From an uncultured bacterium (GTDB lineage Bacteria > Deinococcota > Deinococci > Deinococcales > Trueperaceae), in NCBI GenBank assembly GCA_964398765.1, contig CAYNNL010000001.1:2214-66213 (forward strand): a stretch of DNA of 64,000 nucleotides, given 5' to 3'. Positions 39,201 to 47,348 of this stretch are shown piece after piece. The notes under the pieces are model-generated. The model was not told the origin of the DNA. It was given only the letters and a program-made list of their open reading frames with translations, and made no database searches. The first letter of the stretch is position 1. Each line of letters opens with the position of its first letter. Position numbers and translations under genes: made by a program.

Positions 39201-39381
39201 GCAGCCCCAGCAGTAAGCTGCTGGCCCACCACCAGGCGTCCGCCCGCTGCAGGCGCACGTGGCCGCTGAAGATCGCCGTGACGGCGAGGAACGGACCGAC
39301 CGCCGGCATGGCGGCGAAGCTCAGCCCTGCGAGGAAGGCGGCACCGCGCTTGAAGGAGCTACTGGTCCTCGCGGACAACAC
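36298..39381 (-). CDS. fusion protein: O-antigen-ligase/polymerase-like (Wzy_C) membrane module with an inserted beta-rich domain, plus a complete WbaP-type polyprenyl-phosphate glycosyl-phosphotransferase
   Basis: A single open frame with no stop across both modules. The N-terminal module (~39381-37690) is polytopic, has AAHAHNSLLAAWVDRGVIGLLG (Wzy_C-type HN motif) and carries a ~160-aa insert. The C-terminal module (~37689-36298) has TM helices, a Rossmann-like RPVVVLGTEPAAAQVTRHLL, and the sugar-transferase core DSRGPALYVSPRIGRYGREFGCIKFRTM..LDELPQLLNVFVGQMSLVGPRP. I set the start at GTG 39381, with ATG 39309 as an alternative. The track start at 39759 overlaps wzx and is rejected. Confidence 0.75.
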   Translation of the reverse strand: MLSARTSSSFKRGAAFLAGLSFAAMPAVGPFLAVTAIFSGHVRLQRADAWWWASSLLLGLPFIIGGHVTEGLLSSAQVLAVWLLFRSATELRRSLKNTTAPIDISAGLVVGLAITLGLGLRHIGSFRFDVARTALDAIVWDTHPALFGHAILVLSVAVALVLPSPRLRVVAMAIGAVGVVVSGALEAVAAWLIVAVGLRFLGRRGTRSTRSAEWALIVVMALIASGVAAWLGLGRTGFLTDMAPTDEPSNLFRGTEVNRGDWWYPLGVTFVGRQEQVAGAARTVFDVTKVSPDPWSRLQQAITLSPGQSYTLSALLEVPPGSLPGFDGWGRVGDEAAANLGTTLDGPTHAARSTGALQVLAAEADPVGEGWVRASVTFRYRGERPLTWYVGVVPDRSERVGSTTSFAELQLTPSGTLLPYKPGAASRGVADLRTSRFPIWRDAMEAIATRPLLGWGPDGFPLAVATLHPDEVPLRTVAAHAHNSLLAAWVDRGVIGLLGLLGLLALLATRAVQQRDRAAVLVLVGIVVLNLFDTTLLSGAVIYPLAAVLGWRAVGSREIAEAETGVGSATAVRLGLAFADCFAGAAALSLGMYAAGRYGSGVAAAGWSLPLVYATLVWPAIAAAAGLYPGYGLPSHQKLGRSVKAAAAAAVVVGFLALVTPEAFGLPARVFFVAVPAAALLAPTFRFLAQRALRLLRLWGRPVVVLGTEPAAAQVTRHLLGHPDIGLHPMAVFGDPTDWPLTALPITGSLEHAWTYIETNEVRHAIISPAAATAAAFDRVLLQSGARLKYIQYLPDLRGLPTNSVVAAPLGPTLGLEVRNQLASTTNRAVKRVTDLIGAAFLLVVLGPPLLLIAALIRLDSRGPALYVSPRIGRYGREFGCIKFRTMHVDADERLEGLLAEQPELRAEYGRYHKLEHDPRVTRIGRLLRRASLDELPQLLNVFVGQMSLVGPRPYMVRERDLMGPERDIIFLARPGMTGYWQTEARNDVTFEERQAMEAHYVRNWSVWWDVDILLHTPAAMLGGSGK

Positions 39382-39498
39382 GCTACTGAGCTTACCTTCG
39401 TGGGGCGGCGGCCGGCGGCTGGACGGGGCCCTCGCGCCGCACGCTAGAGCCGAGCGGGCGGGCAGCGGGGGGCGCTGGCCCGGGTTAGCGTAGCGGCG

Positions 39499-40797
39499 AT
39501 GGGTCGAACCGACGGCTCCGGACCCGCGTGGCGAGGCCGCCTGCAGAGACTGACACAAGATAGGTTCCTCAGGAGCGTCCTCAAGGTCGGCGGGGGCGGC
39601 GCCCTGGGGCAGGCGGTCGTCGTCCTGGCGTCGCCGGTGCTGACGCGGCTGTTCGACCCGGCGGACTTCGGCCTCTACTCGCTGTACGCCTCGCTCGTGC
39701 TCATCGTCGGTGGTGTGGCCTGCCTGCGCTACGACGTGTCCATACCCGTCCCGAAGCAAGACGGGACCGCCGTCGCGCTCGGCCAGGTGGCCCTCGGCTG
39801 GTTGCTGCTCGTGGCCGGGCTCACCGCCGCCGTGGCCGCCGCCGTGACGAGTGGTGGCGCCTTCGGCGTCCGCGAGACGATGTCGGCGGCGGTGGCGGGG
39901 GCGCTCGTGTTCCTGGGCGTGGTCGGCTACGGCGGCTACCAGTTGCTCAACTACTGGGCGATCCGCCGTCAGCTCTACGCGGCCTTGGGGCAGACCAGGA
40001 TCGTGCGGGGGGTCATGCAGGTCGTCATCCAGGTCGCCGCCGGCTTAGCGGGTTCCGGACCTCAGGGCCTCATCTCCGGGCACGCGCTGGGTCACCTCTT
40101 CGGGTTCATGGCGATCGGGCGCGACTTCGGCCGGGCTGTGGCCGCCGCTCCGCTCCGGTGGACGCGCTTGCTCTGGGCCGCCAGGCGGTACCGGAAGTAC
40201 GCGCTCTACTCCGCCCCTGCCGCGTTGATCGCAAGCGCCACGCTCCAGCTTCCCCCGGTGCTGTTACTGCTCTTCTACGACCCCCAGGCCGCCGGCTTGT
40301 ACGCGATCGCCCAGCGCGTCGTCGCGACGCCTGCCGGGATCGTCGGGCTCGCGATCAGCCAGGTGTTCATGAGCGAGGCCATGATGGTGGTCAGGACCTC
40401 CAAGAGAGCACTGAGGCGCCGCTACCTCCGTACGGTCTTCCTGACGCTCCTGGTAGGGCTCGTGCCCATAGGCGCGATCGCGGTGGGAGGACCGGCCCTA
40501 TTCGGGTGGGCGTTCGGGGCACAGTGGGCCGGCTCGGGCGTCTTCGTCAGGGCGATGTCCATCATGTTCGTCGCGCAGTTCGCCGTGTACCCCATCTCCC
40601 AGACCCTTCATGCGATCGAACGCCCGGACCTCCAACTCACCTCCGACATGGTCAGGATGGTCCTCGGGCTTGGCGTCCTGGTCGCATTGGCGGCGCTCCG
40701 GGTGCCGGCGGTGAGCGCCCTGCTCGGCTACTCCGTCGCCATGACGGTCGCCTACGTCTTCAACGTGTGGTTGGGATACAGGGCCCTCGGCAGGTGA
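39499..40797 (+). CDS. wzx: oligosaccharide flippase (Wzx / MOP superfamily)
   Basis: 432-aa polytopic ORF. The N-terminus ..LRSVLKVGGGGALGQAVVVLASPVLTRLFDPADFGLYSLY.. is typical of polysaccharide biosynthesis (Wzx) proteins. A TAGCGT -10 lies 7 nt before the ATG. Confidence 0.8.
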   Translation: MGRTDGSGPAWRGRLQRLTQDRFLRSVLKVGGGGALGQAVVVLASPVLTRLFDPADFGLYSLYASLVLIVGGVACLRYDVSIPVPKQDGTAVALGQVALGWLLLVAGLTAAVAAAVTSGGAFGVRETMSAAVAGALVFLGVVGYGGYQLLNYWAIRRQLYAALGQTRIVRGVMQVVIQVAAGLAGSGPQGLISGHALGHLFGFMAIGRDFGRAVAAAPLRWTRLLWAARRYRKYALYSAPAALIASATLQLPPVLLLLFYDPQAAGLYAIAQRVVATPAGIVGLAISQVFMSEAMMVVRTSKRALRRRYLRTVFLTLLVGLVPIGAIAVGGPALFGWAFGAQWAGSGVFVRAMSIMFVAQFAVYPISQTLHAIERPDLQLTSDMVRMVLGLGVLVALAALRVPAVSALLGYSVAMTVAYVFNVWLGYRALGR

Positions 40798-40846
40798 GCC
40801 GGGGTGTGCGGCCATCGGGCGACCGCGGCGACGGTATCCTGCACCG

Positions 40847-42271
40847 GTGATGGCAACGGTTCTCGCCCTGGGACTCGTGGCAGCCGGGGTCGCCCTCATC
40901 CTTCTCGGACGCAGGCTCCAGTTCGTCCTGATCCTGCTGGTCGTCCTGCTGTTCCAGAACGTCGCGCTGATGCTCCTTCTGAAGGCGGGTTTGGTCACGG
41001 AGAGCGGCGCCAGGGTGTTGACAGCGACCAAGGAGCTGTTGCTTCTGGGGGGTCTGCTCGCTCTCGCTGGGATCAGGTTCGGGCGGGTGGTCCTCACGGG
41101 GCGCGCGCGCCGGGCCGTCATCCCGACGCTGGTGTTCGCTTGGTTCGCCCTCGTTGCGGTTCACGCGCTCGCTTTCGGCGAACCGTGGCTGGCGAGGCTC
41201 GCTGGTGCGCGTGCCGTCCTGATCCTCCCCGCGCTCTACCTGCTCGGTTACTGGCTGGCGCTCTCATGGCGGGACACGGGCCGGTTGATCCAGGTGCTGG
41301 TGGTCGTCGGGGTCTTGATGGCCGCGTTCGGTTTCGTGGAGGCGTACCTCCTGCCCGACACCTTCTGGCTGGACATCGGCCACGAGGAGTTCTACCTCCA
41401 GAAGATCGACCGTCCGGTCCAGGACGCGCTCTACGCCAACATGCGGTTCTGGTTTAACGGCCAGCCGATCAGGCGCGTCGCGTCGATCACTGGCGACCCC
41501 TTGATCTCGAGCTACCCGATGGCCCTGGTGCTCGTGCTGGTCGTCGCCTTCTTCGTCTATAGGGCGAGGCTGCACGTCACTCACCCGGTCCTCTTCGTCG
41601 TGGTCGGGGCGGCCACGTTGTTGACCCTCAGCCGCGGTGCCGTCCTCACGGTCCTCGTCGCCGGGTGCCTGGTCTTCCTTGGGAAGCGGTCCGGCCGCGG
41701 CCTCGCCTGGGTCACGGCGGTACTGCTGCTCGGGCTCGTGGTGGCGACCACGCTCTTCGGCGACGCCATCTTGAGGGTGACCACGGGGGCTGGGCACATC
41801 GACGAGTTGGTACAGGGGCTGCAGCGGGGCGTCGAGCGGCCTCTCGGCTTCGGGCTCGGTACAGCCAGCAGCCTCGCCACGGGCGTCGCCCGCTCGAGCG
41901 ACATCGGTGGGATCGTGCTCGGCGGTGGAGACAGCTACATGGGGTCCCTGGCCACACAGATGGGGTTGCCGGCGGTCGTGGCCTTCTACGCCCTCATGCT
42001 GCTGATGATCGCCGACCTGGCGCGTCACTCCGTACGCCTCTCTAGGGGCCGACACCCGAACGCCTGGTGGTTCGGCGCCGTGGCGGCGATGCTCGCGGGC
42101 CTGCTCGTCACGAGCGCCGTGAACGAGTCCGGGTTCGGGTTCGTGGCCTCTGGTGCCACGTACGTCTTGGCCGGGACCCTGGCACACCTAGGCGTCAGCC
42201 GCGCGCGCGTCGCCGTGCGGGTGGAGGCCGGGGCACGCATCCCGCGCGGGCTCGGGGTGGCGGATGCCTAA
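40847..42271 (+). CDS. O-antigen polymerase/ligase-like (Wzy_C family) membrane protein, no insert
   Basis: 474-aa ORF with ≥10 predicted TM segments and a large loop before the last helices. It sits in a glycan locus. A TATCCT -10 (40835-40840) lies 6 nt before the GTG/ATG. Confidence 0.7.
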   Translation: MMATVLALGLVAAGVALILLGRRLQFVLILLVVLLFQNVALMLLLKAGLVTESGARVLTATKELLLLGGLLALAGIRFGRVVLTGRARRAVIPTLVFAWFALVAVHALAFGEPWLARLAGARAVLILPALYLLGYWLALSWRDTGRLIQVLVVVGVLMAAFGFVEAYLLPDTFWLDIGHEEFYLQKIDRPVQDALYANMRFWFNGQPIRRVASITGDPLISSYPMALVLVLVVAFFVYRARLHVTHPVLFVVVGAATLLTLSRGAVLTVLVAGCLVFLGKRSGRGLAWVTAVLLLGLVVATTLFGDAILRVTTGAGHIDELVQGLQRGVERPLGFGLGTASSLATGVARSSDIGGIVLGGGDSYMGSLATQMGLPAVVAFYALMLLMIADLARHSVRLSRGRHPNAWWFGAVAAMLAGLLVTSAVNESGFGFVASGATYVLAGTLAHLGVSRARVAVRVEAGARIPRGLGVADA

Positions 42272-43262
42272 GGCAGGGGTGGGGCTTTACGTCGTCTGGC
42301 GCGACTACCAGCGCCGAGCGGAGCTGCTCGGGCCCGCGCTCGGGTGTGAAGTGGTCTTCCTGCCCAACCGCTGGAAGGCGCGCTGGCTTAGACCCCTCGA
42401 CTACCTGCTTAATCTGGTGGCCACCCTTCGGCTCATCCGGGAGCGGGCCCCGGCCTACCTCCTGTTCCAGAGCCCGCCGCCCTTCGTGGCCTACGCGGCC
42501 CTCATCGCGCGGGTCCCCTACCTCGTCGACGCCCACAACGCGGCCGTCCAGGGCCGCTGGGTCAGGCTGCCCTCGGTGAGGGCGCTGTCGCGACGCGCGT
42601 TGGCCGTGGTGGCTCATAACGACGAGGCCGCGGCCCTCGCGCGCCGCGCCTTCCCGGGCAGCAGCGTGCTCGCGCTGCGCGATCCGGTCACCGAGATCCG
42701 GTCGCAGCGGGACGGCGCGGGCAGGACCACCGGTCAGGTGCTGTTCATCTGTTCTTTCGGTGGAGACGAGCCCCTCGAGGTCATCTTCGGCCTCATCCAG
42801 GCGCGACCCGACCTTTCGTTCGTGATCACCGCGCCGCCGCACCGGCTCTCGCCGGAGTGGCGCCGCCGTTTCGAGACCTTGCCGAACCTGAGGTTGACGG
42901 GTTTCCTGCCCACCGAGCGGTACCAGGAACTCCTGACGACGTCCGGCGCCGCCGTGGTGTTGACCACCAGGGCGGCAACGCAACCCAGCGGGGCCTGCGA
43001 GGCCCTCGCATCCGATACCCCGCTCGTGGTCTCCAGGACGACGCTCACCGAGCGCCTCTTCGGCGCCTGGGCGCAGGTGGCGGCGACCGACGTAGCGAGC
43101 CTGTCGGCGGCCCTCGACGCAGCGCTGGCCGCGCCGAGAAGCCTCGCCTCAGAGCGCGCCGCCTGGCGGTCCGCCTTCGAGACCGAACTCCTCGCGGTGC
43201 GTGCCGTCTTGCCGTCAGACACGAGAACCTCAGGAGGTGATGCCGATCAGCGAACGGCCTAG
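42264..43262 (+). CDS. putative glycosyltransferase (GT-B-like, divergent)
   Basis: 332 aa, overlapping the upstream gene by 8 nt. The C-terminal part LTGFLPTERYQELLTTSGAAVVLTTRAATQPSGACEALASDTPLVVS resembles a GT4-type EX7E-region layout. The assignment is tentative. Confidence 0.6.
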   Translation: MPKAGVGLYVVWRDYQRRAELLGPALGCEVVFLPNRWKARWLRPLDYLLNLVATLRLIRERAPAYLLFQSPPPFVAYAALIARVPYLVDAHNAAVQGRWVRLPSVRALSRRALAVVAHNDEAAALARRAFPGSSVLALRDPVTEIRSQRDGAGRTTGQVLFICSFGGDEPLEVIFGLIQARPDLSFVITAPPHRLSPEWRRRFETLPNLRLTGFLPTERYQELLTTSGAAVVLTTRAATQPSGACEALASDTPLVVSRTTLTERLFGAWAQVAATDVASLSAALDAALAAPRSLASERAAWRSAFETELLAVRAVLPSDTRTSGGDADQRTA

Positions 43263-44442
43263 GTCGACGCTCATCATCGTCGAGAACCTGCCCGTGCCGT
43301 TCGATCGGCGCGTCTGGTACGAGGCGACCTCGCTGGCGGCCGCCGGTTACTCGGTGGCGGTGATATGTCCCACGGGGAAGGGGCACGACGCCAGGTACGA
43401 GGTCCTCGAGGGGGTGCGCGTCTACCGCCACCCGCTGCCTCTCGAGGGCAAAGGCGTGCTCAGCTACTTCCGCGAGTACTTCCTGGCGCTCTGGTGGGAG
43501 TTCAGGCTCTCGTTCCGGGCTTGGCGGGAGGAGAGGTTCGACGTCGTGCAGATCTGTAACCCGCCCGACGTCTTGTTCCTCGTCGCGCTCACGCACAAGC
43601 TCCTGCACCGAGCGCGGGTGATCTTCGACCACCACGACGTGACGCCGGAGCTCTTCGAGGAGAAGTTCAAGAAGCGCGGCCCGCTCTACCATCTGCTGCG
43701 CCTGAGCGAGCGACTGACGATGGCGACGGCGGACGTGGTCATATCCACGAACGAGTCGTACCGGAACATCGCCACGGGCCGCGGCCGGAAGCCGCCTGAA
43801 GACGTCTTCGTGGTGCGGAGCTCACCCGACGTCGGCAAGTTCCGCCGAGTCGAGCCCGATCCCGCCTTGAGGCGCGGCCGGCGCTGCGTGGTCGGCTATG
43901 TTGGCGTGATGGCCGAACAGGACGGGGTGGACACGGTCATCCACATCGCGAACGAGCTCGTCCACGGGCGCGGCCGCGACGACATCGGTTTCCTCCTGAT
44001 CGGCGGCGGGCCCGAGTTCGAATCGCTCGTCAAGCTGCGAGACGAGCTCGGCCTGGCCGAGCACGTCGAGTTCGCCGGGTTCCAGTCGGGCGACGACCTG
44101 CTCCGCCACCTGTCCTCCTGCGATGTCGGTATCAGTCCCGACCCGATCAGCACCTACAACGACCTCTGCACGATGAACAAGACGCTCGAGTACATGACAC
44201 TCGGGCTGCCGGTCGTCCAGTTCGACGTTGTCGAGGGGCGAGCGTCGGCCGCGGACGCGGCCATCTACGTGGCCGACAACGACGTCGGCGCCATGGCCGA
44301 CGCGGTGGCGCTCCTCGCCGACGATCCGGAGCTGCGCGGGCGGTTGGGTGCCAGGGGTCGCGAGAGGATCGAGACCTCGTTGTCGTGGGAGCACCAGGTC
44401 CCTGCGCTCCTGGCAGCGTACGACAAGGCGTTGGGTGGATGA
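43240..44442 (+). CDS. family-4-type glycosyltransferase
   Basis: Start MPISERP follows an AGGAGGTG SD. Contains IIVENLPVPFDRRVW and VGYVGVMAEQDGVD, with FAGF..CDVGISPD..NKTLEYMTLGLPVV as the GT4 C-terminal motif. Confidence 0.85.
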   Translation: MPISERPRSTLIIVENLPVPFDRRVWYEATSLAAAGYSVAVICPTGKGHDARYEVLEGVRVYRHPLPLEGKGVLSYFREYFLALWWEFRLSFRAWREERFDVVQICNPPDVLFLVALTHKLLHRARVIFDHHDVTPELFEEKFKKRGPLYHLLRLSERLTMATADVVISTNESYRNIATGRGRKPPEDVFVVRSSPDVGKFRRVEPDPALRRGRRCVVGYVGVMAEQDGVDTVIHIANELVHGRGRDDIGFLLIGGGPEFESLVKLRDELGLAEHVEFAGFQSGDDLLRHLSSCDVGISPDPISTYNDLCTMNKTLEYMTLGLPVVQFDVVEGRASAADAAIYVADNDVGAMADAVALLADDPELRGRLGARGRERIETSLSWEHQVPALLAAYDKALGG

Positions 44443-46070
44443 GGCTCCGGGGGGCCGGCGTCGTCGCGGGCGCGGTGACGGCCGTTTACCCGGGAGCGCT
44501 GGCCCTGCTGGGCGCGCTGGCCCTGGTGGGCCGCCGGTCCGTGCGCCTGCCGTACCCGGCGCTGCTCCTCGCCGCTAGCGTCCTCTGGCTCCTGCCCGCG
44601 GCCTCCGACCTTTTCCTGGGAAGGGTGGGCCCCGTCACCCTCGGGGAGGTCGGACAGCTCGCCGTCTTCCTCCTGGTAGCCGCGGGAGGCGCGGCACTCG
44701 GGCGCGCGCTCGGCTCGGCTCGGCACCTCGTACCGGGGCTGCTCGTCGGCCTCGGAGCCGTAGCGCTCGCGTCGGCCGCCGCAGCGTTCGAGGGGCCGGC
44801 GGGCCGCGTGGCCCTCTGGACCGATCATCCGAACATCCTTGGCGCCTCGGTGCTCCTGCCGGCGGCCGCGACCGCGCTGCTTGCGCGCAGCGTTCGGATC
44901 GGTGCCGCTGCCATCGCGGCAGCAGCCGTACCCGTCGGCCTGTCAGGCAGCCGGTCCGCACTCATCGTGCTGATCGTCACGGCAGCCTACCTCGTCGTGG
45001 CCGCTGCTGCGAGGCGGTGGCGCGGGGGGCGGGCGCGCCTCACGCTCGCCGTGGCGTCGCTGGCCGTCGCCGCGTTGGCGGTCGTCGGTGCCGTCATGGT
45101 CCAACCGCGGCTCGGGGCGTTCGTCAGCGACCTCGCGCGGCTGCCGCTGGCGGCGCTCAAGCCTGGCCTGCTGGGAGTGCCGCAGCCGCTTGGTGTCACG
45201 GTCACCGACCTGGAAGGCGGTGAGCTTCGGCTCGAGCGCACGGGCAGCGACTGGTGGTCGCGGCTCCAGTACCCGCTCGTGTTGTTGCCCGGTAAGACGT
45301 ACACGTTCTCCGTCGAGCTGGCGGCCTCGGGCCCGGCTGACACGATCGGCGTCTACGGCGCCGTGAACGCGGACGACACGGTCACGGCGGCAAGGCGAGG
45401 CGCGTGGGAGGCGACCGCCACCGGAGCGCTCGTCGTCACGCACCTGTCCACCGAGGAGCTGGCGGACGGTTGGACGAGGGTGACGTTGACGTTCGAGTCC
45501 GGCAGCCACGCCAAGTCGTGGATCTGGATCGGGCCGGCCCCCGACCTGGCCGGCGCTGGTGGGTCCGGGGCGGCGGTCAGGGTCAGGGCCACGAGCGCGT
45601 GGGAGGGTGGCGAGAACGCCAAGCCGGCAGGCGCCCAGACGGCCGAGGCCGCCTCGTTGGCGACGAACCAGGCCGTGGCAAGGGTGTACGCCTTCGTCGG
45701 CGCCTGGAGCGGGTTCGAGGCGGCGCCCGTTTTCGGGCAGCGAGGAGTGGAGTTCGCCTCCTACTTCCGCCACCAGGCACCGACCTTCTACACCGCCGTT
45801 CCCACCCACGCGCACAACGCCTTCCTCCAATCGCTGTTCGAGAGCGGAACCAGTGGCACGCTCGGGTTCCTGCTGCTGCTCGTGTGGGCCGGCGCGGCGA
45901 TCGCCAGCCGCAGTGATCACCGTGGGCTTCTCGTGCTCCTCGCCGTCGCCGTTCTTGCCAACACCGTGGACACGGTCATGTGGAGCGCAGGGATGATGTA
46001 CTTCCTGGCGGCCGTCGGGGGTATGGTGGCCGGGTTCGGCGCCCCACCCGCTGACTTGATGACCGAGTGA
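44439..46070 (+). CDS. O-antigen-ligase-like (Wzy_C) membrane protein with an inserted beta-rich (CBM-like) domain
   Basis: The ATG overlaps the upstream stop (ATGA). The protein is polytopic, with VPTHAHNAFLQSLFESGTSGTLG (HN motif). The ~140-aa insert (45177-45599) is clearly paralogous to the insert in the fusion protein. Confidence 0.7.
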   Translation: MRLRGAGVVAGAVTAVYPGALALLGALALVGRRSVRLPYPALLLAASVLWLLPAASDLFLGRVGPVTLGEVGQLAVFLLVAAGGAALGRALGSARHLVPGLLVGLGAVALASAAAAFEGPAGRVALWTDHPNILGASVLLPAAATALLARSVRIGAAAIAAAAVPVGLSGSRSALIVLIVTAAYLVVAAAARRWRGGRARLTLAVASLAVAALAVVGAVMVQPRLGAFVSDLARLPLAALKPGLLGVPQPLGVTVTDLEGGELRLERTGSDWWSRLQYPLVLLPGKTYTFSVELAASGPADTIGVYGAVNADDTVTAARRGAWEATATGALVVTHLSTEELADGWTRVTLTFESGSHAKSWIWIGPAPDLAGAGGSGAAVRVRATSAWEGGENAKPAGAQTAEAASLATNQAVARVYAFVGAWSGFEAAPVFGQRGVEFASYFRHQAPTFYTAVPTHAHNAFLQSLFESGTSGTLGFLLLLVWAGAAIASRSDHRGLLVLLAVAVLANTVDTVMWSAGMMYFLAAVGGMVAGFGAPPADLMTE

Positions 46071-46091
46071 CGAGAGGGACCAGGTGCGTCG

Positions 46092-47348
46092 ATGACCCAC
46101 ATAAAGGCGATCGCGAAGAAGCTCAGGGGGGTCACCGTCGACGCTCCCGCCCCTTTCCAGCGAAGACTGGACGCCGAGTGGCGGAGCGTATCCGAACTGG
46201 GCAGGTCGGTCGCCCCTGGCGACCGCCACCATGTCTTGTTAGCCCCGTCGGGAGCGGGCAACATCGGTGACCAGGCGATGTTCGAGGCGTTCGTCGAGAA
46301 CGTCGGCGGTCCTATCACGCTCGTCGCCTTCGCTGTCGGCGATTTCTCCGTCCCCGCGGCACACCGCGACCGGGTGTCGGTGGTCGCGCTGCCGGCCCTC
46401 GTCTCGGGGGCGGCCACGCGTGACCAGACGACCCTGCGCGAGTTCGTCGGGCTGCTGGACGGGAGTTCCGGGTTCTCCGTGATCGGCGCCGACGTGCTCG
46501 ACGGCGGGTACTCCTACCGACGCTCGGTGCAGCGGACCTCACTCGCCACCTACGCCGCTCGGCTGGGTGTCGACTCCAGGGTCCTCGGGTTCAGTCTCAA
46601 CGAGGCCCCGGACGGGCGCTGTGTGACCGCGTTGGCGGACGCCGGCAAGAGCGGTGTGCGCCTGCTGTTGCGCGATCCGGTGTCTGCTGAGAGGGCACGG
46701 GCGCTGGGGTTCGAGGGCGTCGAAGAGTCGGCCGACCTGGTGTTCGCTGCCAGGACCGTCGCCGGAGCGGAGACGATCACCGGTCTCCCAGACCTGACGG
46801 GCGGCTACGCCCTCGTCAACGCCAACAGCCTCATCGCAAGGACCATGGATCAGGTAGAAGAGTACCGGCGGATCGTCCGCTACCTACGTGAGCGTGACCT
46901 AGAGGTGGTGTTCGTCCCTCACGACACGCGCGACGGTTCAGACGACGTCGCCGAGTGCAGGCGGGTCCGCGATGCGGCCGGCTCTGCCGGTACCTGGCTC
47001 GTCGACAGGTTGCTTGAGCCGGCCCAAGTGCGCGGCCTCGCCGCTGGGGCGCGCGTGGTGGTGACGGGCAGGATGCACCTCGCGATAATGGCGCTGCATG
47101 GTGCCGTCCCGGCCATACCTCTGTCGTACCAGGGGAAGCTCAGTGGCCTGATGCGGCTCTTCGGTACCGAGGGGCTCTCCGTTGAGCCTCGCCCGGGCTT
47201 CGCGGCCGAGGTGGAGGAGCGGCTGGAGCGCGTCCTGGCGGCCGGCGACGCCATAAGGCGTTCGCTGTCGGAACGGTTGCCGCGGGTGAAGGAGCTCGCC
47301 GGCAAGAACTTTGGTGGGTTGCCACTCGTCGACGCGAGTCCTAGCTAG
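46092..47348 (+). CDS. polysaccharide pyruvyl transferase family protein
   Basis: Contains LLAPSGAGNIGDQAMFEAF, GADVLDGGYSY, LLLRDPVSAERA and VVVTGRMHLAIMAL, typical of PS_pyruv_trans (CsaB/WcaK-like) proteins. Confidence 0.8.
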   Translation: MTHIKAIAKKLRGVTVDAPAPFQRRLDAEWRSVSELGRSVAPGDRHHVLLAPSGAGNIGDQAMFEAFVENVGGPITLVAFAVGDFSVPAAHRDRVSVVALPALVSGAATRDQTTLREFVGLLDGSSGFSVIGADVLDGGYSYRRSVQRTSLATYAARLGVDSRVLGFSLNEAPDGRCVTALADAGKSGVRLLLRDPVSAERARALGFEGVEESADLVFAARTVAGAETITGLPDLTGGYALVNANSLIARTMDQVEEYRRIVRYLRERDLEVVFVPHDTRDGSDDVAECRRVRDAAGSAGTWLVDRLLEPAQVRGLAAGARVVVTGRMHLAIMALHGAVPAIPLSYQGKLSGLMRLFGTEGLSVEPRPGFAAEVEERLERVLAAGDAIRRSLSERLPRVKELAGKNFGGLPLVDASPS

